From the NCBI GenBank assembly GCA_040954595.2, contig CM082583.2, positions 7,562,849 through 7,626,848 on the forward strand: a stretch of DNA of 64,000 nucleotides, written 5' to 3'. Positions 12,284-50,000 of this stretch are shown here, in pieces (within the stretch, counting starts at the first letter, position 1; every line of letters starts with the position of its first letter). Made by a program: the position numbers and the translations under genes. The notes beneath the pieces are model-generated. The model was given only the letters and a program-made list of their open reading frames with translations, made no database searches and was not told the DNA's origin. Origin of the DNA: Balanoglossus misakiensis (taxonomy: Eukaryota; Animalia; Hemichordata).

Positions 12284-15200
12284 ATGCAAGTCTCCACATT
12301 ACACGCACTTCTAGCATTTGTCCAACTATCCACATTGGTTTCAGCAATATCCAGAAAACCACATATCATTTACATTCTCGCCGATGATTTGGGGTTCTTC
12401 GATGTCAGCTATCGCGACGGGTCGGTTGTCAAAACGCCGAATATCGACCGGCTAGCCGCGGAAGGGGTCAAACTGGAGAGATTTTACGTGCAGCCGTCTT
12501 GCATGCCATCCAGGAGTTGTCTTATGATGGGACGATATCAGGTATTCGCTCATTTGCTTGTCTGATGCATTTATTTATTTTTTTCCAAATAATCCGACAA
12601 AACTAACTAATTTCTGTCTTTACACTGCTTTTGTATACTAGTATTAACGTGTACGGTGAAAACACAGAGAATGCATATACTAATGCACTGCTTGCTTATT
12701 TTTCTGAATGGTTGGCCATTTTGTTGGTCATACCGCCGTATGGGTGGATGAAACTTTCTTTTCCTCTCAGTAGTAATAATTGTCATCATCAACATTTATA
12801 CGTTGTTGGCAGATTCATACAGGTTTTGATTACCGTTGTGTGAGCGGTGAAAGAGTCCGGTTCTGTATGGCGCCAGACACGGTCACCTTGCCGATGAAAA
12901 TGAAGGAGAATGGTTACAAAGCAACAATGATTGGAAAGTGGCACCTCGGGCACGAACGCAAAGAATGCGTCCCCACCAACAAAGGATTCGATAGCTTCTT
13001 CGGTGAGTAAAGGCGATGATGGCAATGACACTGTAAATGATGTCGATATAGGACCAGTCGACAACATCAGCGCCCTCGTGTGGTCAAATGTACCACAATG
13101 CATTTTATGGAAAAATATTAAAGTGACTTTTTATGCAAACTACAAGGCGCAGATGCTGTTATTCTCTACATCCTTAAACTACGGTGGTCTCGAATTGCTT
13201 TGTTTTCGTTGAGGGGTGTACCTCTGTTGCTCACTTCATTTACGTATAAGCGTGACCAGGTGTTGAATTGATTAGTTTCGCTGATGTAAAAGCCACGCTT
13301 TGCCACTCGGTCTTGTTACTGGATTGATACTGGTCCGGTAACTTTGCCGTCGCCTTTTATCGGAGTTCGGATCCACAAAGTTACGGTAATTTGCCTGTCC
13401 TGTGTGATGCGTATGCTGGTATGAAGATTGAGACTGCAGTCGGAACTCTGTGTAGGCCGGGTGGTCGTTCAGTGGCCGTGGTTGGTGTGTTTTAAGTACG
13501 CCGTGTGAATTTGGGGCCGTCCCGAGAGTGCGAGTTTCCGTGTCGCGGGAGGTAATACACGAGGCTGCTACGTTCTTTTGTACACTTGCGTAAAACGGAC
13601 AGAAGGGCCAGTATCGTCGTACGTCGAGTCGTAGAACTATCTACTAGACTTAGGACTTGTCTGAATTTTGTTTGGTCACCTGGTCACGCTCGAATTTAGT
13701 TTGTAGTTTACAGCGGGTCGTAACACCAGACATGCATTTTGCTATTTTCAGGTTACCACGCAGCAGCTGAAGACTATTACACTCACAGATTGGGGGTTGG
13801 TCGCCCAATGTGCCGGGATTTGTGGAGAAACTTGGACATTGTGGCCGATAATTACACTAATCAATACTCGACGCATTTATTTACGCAAGAAGCCCAACAA
13901 ATAATTAGGGACCAAAACCCAGAAGAGGTACGTCACATGATTAGTCTTGTTCCCTTCCTCAAATCTGACGTTGGTTGTACTATCTGTAGGCTACCTTGTG
14001 CCCCTTCTTTCATCTCAATGCATGGATGTTTATGAGAGAAGCATTATTTTTTTGTCTTGTTTCTATCCTTGGTATCAGCCTCTATTCATGTATCTGGCCT
14101 ACCAAGCTGTACACGGACCTCTTCAAGTTCCACAGGAGTACTACAACATGTACACAGGAGAAAACATCGGCGTCTTAAGAAGGACATACGCGGCTATGGC
14201 AACGTGCATGGACGACGGGATCGGTAACTTGACTAAAACCTTGAAAGAAGCCGGACTTTGGAATAACACGATTCTGGTATTCTCTTCAGGTAGGCCAATC
14301 ACGAATTATCGCTCGTTGATGATGGTCATGAGCATGCGCATCTCTGTGATGTGAAAACTATCCAATATAAATTGATTGGGACATGCTACCTATTCATGTG
14401 TTCAGATAAACTGCAAACTGCATTGCAAAATATTCAATATATCATTGAACACAGATAACGGCGGCACGTGGCACACTGGTGGACGGAATTGGCCCTTGAG
14501 GGGCGGGAAAGGCACCAACTGGGAAGGAGGTATCAGGGTAGTTGCCTTCGTGGCCAGCCCTCTATTGGCAAAACCGAGACGAACATCCCACGAACTGATA
14601 CACATGACCGACTGGCTGCCAACCTTCGTACATCTTGCCGGTGGAACGGTGGAGAACATGGCTCTAGACGGTGTTAATGTGTGGAAAACAATCAGGTATA
14701 GCATTAGTTTCTTTTATTTCTTTTTATCCATGCCTTGTGATAAATCGTCAGGTTTGTTTTTAGATAAATCGCATTTCATACAATCAAATGCAACTGAGAA
14801 GGAAATTGTACATTGACACTCGAATCACGTGCCCTCTCTCTATCCCTCCCTAGCGAAGGTGCGCCCTCGCCGAGAAAAGAGCTCTTAGTGCACATCAGTC
14901 CCACGGTTTCTCTGCAAGACGAGGGCACAGATGCGTGGTACACCAACCGATTGTTCAACGTTTCAGAAAGCGCTGCCATCATCGCGGGCAAATGGAAACT
15001 AATCACAGGACAACACAGTCAGTATTAACTATGTAATGTTCATTCTATACTTCATAAACTAGCTCAATTACTCCTGTATTTTATTAAAATAATTTATGCA
15101 ACTTATAGATGAAATTAATTAACAAATTCAGCAATTAATATAAAACTCAGCATTTTAAAGTCTACCTTATTCCCCGCCCCCCTCCCCCGCCTTCGCAGGA

Positions 15201-15479
15201 ACGCCCAGGACATGGGTGCCCCCGCCCGAGTTCCACAGACCGGAAGAGCAAATACCACCACCAGCGACAGAAAAGAAAGGGAAAATGCTGTGGTTGTTTA
15301 ATCTCGACCAAGACCCAAATGAGGAACACGACCTATCGGCCTACCGACCTGACATTGTGGTACAATTTCTGAAGAAACTGAGAAAGTATCAGACAGAATC
15401 CGTTTACTGCACTGGCCTAACGGCTCCAACTCCACCATGCAAACAGCGGGGTGATATGTGGGGACCATACGATTTATGA
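12284..15479 (+). CDS. Arylsulfatase B/I/J-like, tandem copy 2, 7 coding exons
   Basis: Same exon layout and motifs as copy 1 ([28 protein letters not shown]). Signal peptide [15 protein letters not shown]; ends WGPYDL*. Confidence 0.9.
13217..13725. mobile_element. About 510-bp insertion in intron 2 of sulfatase copy 2 (solo-LTR-like or TIR element)
   Basis: Absent from the equivalent intron of copy 1. TGT…ACA ends; 14-bp subterminal inverted repeat at 13249-13262 and 13677-13690; no clean TSD. Confidence 0.5.
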
Positions 15480-15730
15480 AAAATTATTGAAAATTCTTTA
15501 TTTAATAGATTTTGTTATTTTTTCGTTCGGGTACGCATAAAATGTATGCAAGTAAAAACAATCACCGACATTTGCACAGTGGGACACAAATACCATGACA
15601 AACAATTGCCAGTCAAGTTCTGCATTTTATTGATGAAAAACGGTTGATAATTTGAAAGTTATGTTTTGTTGTTGTTTTATGTCTATACTTTGTCCGGAAG
15701 TCCGTCAGATTGAGCTTTGTTGCTATTCGT

Positions 15731-16570
15731 TCAAGATGGCCTGTACACAGCAACATCGGAATATTTATCTCCGTAATTTTCGCCGTAATATTCATCCCCA
15801 AAGTAATCATCGTTGTCACCGTTGGCATCGTCATAGTAGTCTTCTTCCTCGTATTCATCCTCGTCCTCATAATCGTCGTCGTCTTCGTCATCGTAATCCT
15901 CGCTCTCGTCATCGTATTGGTCGTCCTCGTCGTCTTCGTCATCATATTCGTCGTCTTCGTCATCATATTCGTCGTCCTCGTCCTCATATTCGTCGTCATC
16001 GTATTCTTCGGTGTCGTCATCGTATTCATCCTCGTCTCCGAGATAGTCCTCATCGTCAGACTCGTTATCATAAATGGCGTCTTCGTCAAAATAATCGTTT
16101 ACTTCAGCGGCATTTCCATTGTCGTCAAAAGCTGCATACCCGTTTTGAAGTTTTTGTGCTTGGTAGGCGTAGTCGTTGTAATTCGCATCGTCGTAAGTTT
16201 TTTGCCTGCGTTTGGGGAAAGAGAACGCTCGTATTAGTTAAAAACATGAAGTTGTTAAAACACTGCAAAATGGACTACCCCCTAAACTTTGGTGATTCAA
16301 ACTGTTGAGAATTTCTCCAGCACAAGACTGGATTTCGTTTTAAGGTACGATTGTAATTATTTACGCGTCCGTGCCAGTGTGAACGTTTCGGGGGATTTTT
16401 CACCCGGCCCGGATTGAATGTCAGGCTGACCGCTAAAGTTAAGCTCACCTTATCATGTTATCGATATCGCCAAAGCGTCTCGGGACCCTTTTCAAAATTG
16501 GCACGGATGACACCAATAAAGTTGTCATGAACATCGCAGATAATGCGAAAAAGAATGCTGCCTTATGCAT
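15731..16570 (-). CDS. Secreted Asp/Glu/Tyr-rich acidic protein, 198 aa, 2 exons (16570-16449 and 16205-15731); no homologue recognised
   Basis: AAG ATG start; signal peptide MHKAAFFFALSAMFMTTLLVSS; donor AG|GTGAGC and acceptor TTCCCCAAACGCAG|G, both phase 2. Exon 2 is open for 157 codons (…DEYDDEDDEYDDEDD…VYRPS*). AATAAA at 15631-15626. Confidence 0.85.
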
Positions 16571-17660
16571 CTTGGTGGTTATTGTCGAGGCAGGGTAAAA
16601 GGTTCAACAACGAAAGATGACTCTGACACTGTCCTAACGGCAGTTAACGTTGTGTGTATAAAAAAACGCCGTTTTGTACTTTTTCGAGAATTTAGAACGC
16701 ATGACGAGAATATTTCTTGCGAGTTCACGTGCTTGTTCCAACGCGCACGCTTCATCGTGCGTGTGTGGATGTTTGCAGACCCGGGCCACGAAAAGTCTGT
16801 CTCGAGAGACTGCAGACATACGGCTAACACCAAGTTGTCAGTGGGACACAAGTAGTCCTATACTCTTGTGTAGATTTTACTCTTTGCAATCTCGAAAAGA
16901 TCCTATTTTTTATTCAAATTTCCCGTGAGCATGTTGAAATAGAACGAGTCGTACATATGTTCGCCGCGCGTTGCGTAACTGTAGTCAGCGCTAGCCGCGG
17001 TCACGTGGAACCGAATGTCGATTTGGTCTGGAAATACGCGCACTGGTGAAGTCAAACGCAAACAAAAACAGACGAAAGTCTAAAAAAAGAGACTATTTTC
17101 ACCTGAATTCAGGATGACTATTTGATCAGATATATTTGGGCGGTTGCCCCTTAGACATCACATGATTAGGTCATTAGGTCTACCAAAGAATCTGTTAATA
17201 GTTGTACATACTTTGGATAAACCAGTAAATTCTATTGTTTCGGATTGAAAAAAAACAGCAACGGGTTTCAACATGAATTCACTTCCGCTTCATTACTTCT
17301 TACAATAGTGAACCTAGTGAAAGTCCGGGGTTTTTCATCAATACAAAAAGGCATGTTACGAAAATTATGCTAATTACAGAGCAACCCTACAGAGATTATG
17401 CATATCAGTTTTAGAACAATCAACTTTTCACTAAAGAATGTTACCGGTAGTGTATTTTAATGACAAATCCGAGCTAGTCCTGTTTATCAGATTACTGATT
17501 TCGTTTCTGAGTTTCAAGTTAACTGCAGACCGGGAAAAATCACAAACAATTTACTGCACTCTCTCGCTCCTCTACCCCCCCCCCCCCCCCAACCAGGAAT
17601 ATAAATTTCATCTGCACTGAGTTTAGACTTACTGGGCATATAATACCCGATTGTAAATTG

Positions 17661-18070
17661 AACGCGATTGGAACTATTTTGGGATAATTGCATTTAGATT
17701 AATTAAAAGTCTGTATACTCGCAGTGCACGTACTACGTACCCGCTGTTTTTGCCATATTGGTTTCTTTAAAGAATGGTATATATGTAAAACACTTTATTT
17801 TCGCGAGCAATACATAGCGTGAAAATGAAAAGTCGCGTAATTTTATTTGAAGATAACGATGCAGTGAATGTAATAAGAGAACGCGAAAATTAATACTCGC
17901 GAAACAGTTGCCTCTCTCGATATCGCGAAAATGTATACTCGCGAAAATAAAGTGTTTTATAGTATTTCCAGCATGTGTACTACTCATTTTGTTTAAAATT
18001 TTAATCATATGCAATTATGCCAAAATTGTTCCAATGATGTTTTGGCGAAAATCATGAAAAGGGAGCATTA
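17661..18070. mobile_element. Old palindromic repeat, copy A, interrupted by a younger MITE
   Basis: Collinear similarity to 19138-19390 (GTCTGTATACTCG…ACGTACCCGCTGTTTT…TTTAAAGAATGGTA…CTACTCATTTTGTT…ATGCAATTAT). Ends are inverted: TTGGAACTATTTTGGGATAATTGCAT versus ATGCAATTATGCCAAAATTGTTCCAA. Confidence 0.65.
17780..17964. mobile_element. MITE of about 185 bp, TA-flanked, Tc1/mariner-pogo-like, nested in the older repeat
   Basis: Perfect 22-bp inverted repeat TAAAACACTTTATTTTCGCGAG (17786-17807) / CTCGCGAAAATAAAGTGTTTTA (17938-17959); internal CGCGAAA subrepeats; missing from the sister copy at 19138-19390. Confidence 0.8.
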
Positions 18071-18380
18071 ATCCATAATCAAAATCGGGTTAGGATCGAT
18101 TTTCCCTTTATTTCCATTACATTATGGTTATAATTCTAAATCAAAGGTTTTGGAAACAGAAAAATGAGAGACAAGTCAAGCACACTGCTCTTTTGTCTTG
18201 CACAAACATGTTACCCTCGTATCATACGTAAGATATTCAATGGGTGAGGTACGGATAAATATTCTTTTGTGTAACGCACAATATCGCGCCCATCCCAGTC
18301 GACGGCCCAGAAGCGCTTAAACCTTTAAGGCTGCAGAACGAGGATTCGTGGTCAGGTCCGCCCGCCTCTGTACGTATAAC

Positions 18381-32315
<13,935 letters not shown>

Positions 32316-32878
32316 CGCCTGTTTGCTGTTCAAAGAAACCAAAGAATAACTCCCAGCAGGAGAATGTGGGCTGTCTTTTTAATACTTCTCATATTTAAGT
32401 GAGAATCATTATTGGTATTTAATTTGCACTACAATGGCCGCCATTAATCCGTTTAACGCCATAGTGAACTTGCAAAAAACAACAACAATATTAACACACT
32501 TTTCAACGTATGCTTTATATCTTCATAAATAAGGTAGCCAGAAACAAACTGAAGGAAGCTCCATCGCAGCAGTTTCTATAATGGAAGTCTTATTGACTCA
32601 AAATTGTCCCAAAAGAAATCAAACTAAGTCACCTTTATGACAGTGCTTGGTTTGTACTCCACTTGCTTCAAATAAGTGTACAAAAAAATACAATGTAAAT
32701 GAGAGTGAAGGCTTGAAGTGAGTCATAGATATCATACGTGGTCTTGCTTGCACAGATGTACAGATATTATCATTTATCACATTTTGCGGGGTGGGGGGAG
32801 ATTTTCAGCTTTTACACATATTTGCCACGCGCGTCTTTAAATATTAAGGTGGTGGATCTCAAACTCACTCTTGTTCTC

Positions 32879-46744
<13,866 letters not shown>

Positions 46745-47088
46745 TTTACTGCAGTGAGTAGGAAGAATTAATGTTAAGTTTTCGGTATAGTTGCACCCGA
46801 AAGCATTGTAGAGATGTTTTCATAAGAAAACAACCGGGAACAGCATGTACCGGAAATTGTCCTCGTTCCCTGATGCTAACCTTTTCTCAACTTAAGCAAG
46901 GAAAGAAACTAACTTTCTTGACGATTGCTTCGTTTTAAGTATTTATTATTGTAGGTAATAAAGTTTTGGAAAATTAAGGGAGAAATTTCTCTTTAAATTT
47001 GTTCTCAATTCATTCTAGATTTTTTGTCTAAGAGCGCACGTGACTTGCTGAAGTTCGAGGATTACACACGCTTTCCAAGGAACTGAAA
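46745..47088. promoter_or_regulatory. Bidirectional promoter between POLR3A and MYEF2/hnRNP M
   Basis: Start codons are 344 nt apart, head-to-head; ETS core ACCGGAA (~46849) and E-box CACGTGAC (47037-47044). Confidence 0.7.
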
Positions 47089-50000
47089 ATGGAGGCAGCC
47101 GAAACGTCACCCAGTGTAGAAGTCGTGGAAGACGAGCAACAATTCAGCGAAGATTTTGCTGAAAATACCGAAAACGGGTAATTACACTACGTATTCACCC
47201 ATTTTGTAGACAATAACGGAGTATGCGTCTTTCTTTTTGCTGATATTTCACATAATTCAACCAGCGAGTAGGTCCTGGCCAATGGGCCCAGGCATAGGGC
47301 ACGCTTTGTCAATTAATGTCAGCAAATTGGTGTCTTGGTGTGAACCACGTTTTTACTCAGTGCTTTCACGTGTTTTGTGAAACAAGGCACCAGCCTGTAA
47401 CGTCTTTTATACCTTTGTAATATTCGAAGAATCGTACGCGGGCACTAGTTGCTTGGCCCGAAGGAAAACTGCAGTGACGGGGGTTACTGACGCGGGGGGG
47501 AAATAACACATGACACATGAGTTTAGACTGACCGAATTGTCGTCTTTGTTTGTATTATATGATGTTGCATTGTGTGGAGATAAACTACAATATTTGCCCT
47601 CGGGGGCAGTCAGACCTCGACCAGATACTTGGGGACCAGTCAGTCAAGTAAAGCAACCTCCTTGGAGGAGTTTGATGTTCGATTTCGAAGCCCTTGGTTG
47701 TCGATTTCAGGGCCTGTTGAACTTGTGTAGTAGGTCATTTATAAAGACAGCATTACAATGTATTGCATGGTCAAGCGGATGACCCTTTGTCTTACAGCAA
47801 TGCTCTGTTAATTGATAGCTACCTTCAGAAACAAAAGGTCATATCTTGCACAGGAGTTCACTTTGGTAGACATCAAAGTGTGCATTTCCACATTTTGCCT
47901 GGCAAACCTAGATCTGGTGTATCCGCAAACCTTTCAGATGTGTTAAAATGTACAAATTCATAGCTTTACCTTGCCTTTGTAATTAAAAATCTACATATCT
48001 CTTGGCAGGGATAAAGAAAGATCCAGGTCCCCTGTACAGAGGGCGAGGTCCAGGTCTAGGTCAAAGGAAAAGGTCGAAAGGCGGCATGGCGACAAGGACA
48101 GGGACAGGAGAAGAAACAGTGGATTCCAACGAGGGAAAGGTGATAGGGAAAGAAGAGACAGGGATAGGGATCGACGTGCATCAGCAAGAGGACCCAACTC
48201 GGCAAACCGTGTATTCATCAGCAATGTACCATATGAAATGAAATGGCAAGAAATTAAAGATTTATTCAGGGAAAAAAGTGAGTCTTGTTACCTGATAGTT
48301 ATGTTGCATCAGTTGCTCTCTGTTGAAAGGCATCTCTGATTGTTTTGAAAATTTAATAGCCCTATTTCAGTAGGAAAGCTGTCAATTTACATGTATTTTG
48401 ATGACTGATTACACTACATGGTGACAAAATTACCCATTTCTCCAGTGCATAGGTAGACTTTGACACATATTAAAGTATAGCACATGTATGATGTACAGAA
48501 AACTAAAAGGAAGTATAATAAGGTTGAAATTGTTTTTCTCTTGTACAGTTGGTGAAGTGACATATGTTGAGTTATTCATGGGAGTCGATGGAAAATCAAA
48601 GGTATGTGTTCAGTGTAATAGAAATCATTGCTCATTTTAAGGAAAGGGTGCAAAAATGTCAGATCAGATCAGAGCGCAAGCTAAGCCAATGATACGCACC
48701 ACTTACCCAACAAACTCACTGGCCATGCCAGAAAATTATCCAGGGATTGTTATCCTATACCTAATACTGATCCTCTCACTATGAAAATTCTTACCACTGA
48801 AGTTATTATTCTTACTTCATACTCATGAGATCAATAACTCATGTTTGTTTGTCAGAAAGTTAATTTATAAATCAGGTGTAACTGTAAAATGATGTGTTTT
48901 ACTAATTTTCCACTTTGTTTTTCCCTCCTTGCTTCCCTGGGATTCTGGCTGTACACTTGCATTCTAGGGTTGTGGGTAAGTTGATCAAACTTCTATACAT
49001 CTTTGCTTGTGAATTGAAAGAAATGTACTAAATATGCAATAGAAATCATGGAAACTGAAAGATAAAGGAAAGTGACATGCATTTCACGCAAAATCTGATA
49101 TATTTACATTGCCTGTATTTTCAGTTCATTTTAAAAAGAACTGTTTGAGCTGAATTTACATCATTTTCAACTCTTCTCATTCTCAGTGTTGTCGATTTCC
49201 GGGACAAAGAAACCATGGACAAAGCAATCAACAAAATGAACAAAGCTGATGTTCAAGGAAGGGCTCTCGTCGTCAAAGAGGTACAGTGTGATGCTGTTGT
49301 TTTCTTCCAGATTATCTGATTTGGTTGGGGTTAATTTGAATAATGATACAAGTAACTGTTACTATTATTCTCCAAAAATTAGGGATTTTGGAGTTATTAC
49401 ACTCAATTTCTATTCTTTGCCTTTTTTGAAAATCTCAACTGTCAGACAAATGGTAAACCTTTACTAAATCTTGCATCTCTCATCTTTCCCAAGGACACTG
49501 ATGGCAGACACACAAGCAAATTCATGAGGCAGCAAGAACGCGAAAGGGGTCCGATTGGTCCCGGCCCTGGACCTGGTCCAGCTCCACGGCCACCTCCTCC
49601 TCCACCACCAGGGAGAATGAGTGGTGGCGGCGGAATGGGGGGTCTGGGTATGGAGGGAATGGGGGGTGGTATGGGAGGAGGCAACTTTGGTGGAGGGGGT
49701 TTAATGGGTGGTGGGGGAGGACGTGGGGGTGGGGGCGGCGGCGGTGGTGGCGCTGGAGGAGGAGGGGGAGGAGCAAGTGAGAACATGTGGTTGAACCAAC
49801 AGATATTGCAACAGCTTGGACTGTCAAGACATGAAGTCAGCAATACTATCTTTCTTGCAAATGTAAGTATGGTTCGAAGTATGTGTATATCTTGCGTGAC
49901 GGATAACCACAGCAGCTGCATTCATCTCGGCCTTTACAGACTGCAGTTTCCCGTCATTCACTTTGACTTCTTGTTGAATCTTGTACACAGCTCGACTACA

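Noticed and set aside
15710-16237. 175-aa hydrophobic V/I/F/L ORF on the plus strand, plus the Arg/His-rich (15652-16308) and Thr/Met-rich (15613-16089) ORFs
   Set aside because: They are antisense or alternative-frame shadows of the GAY/GAR/TAY codons of the acidic gene, which has the signal peptide, splice sites and poly(A) signal.
16469-16492. KR-VPRRFG resembling an RFamide neuropeptide
   Set aside because: The Gly is followed by Asp rather than a basic cleavage site, so amidation is not supported; it is also single-copy.
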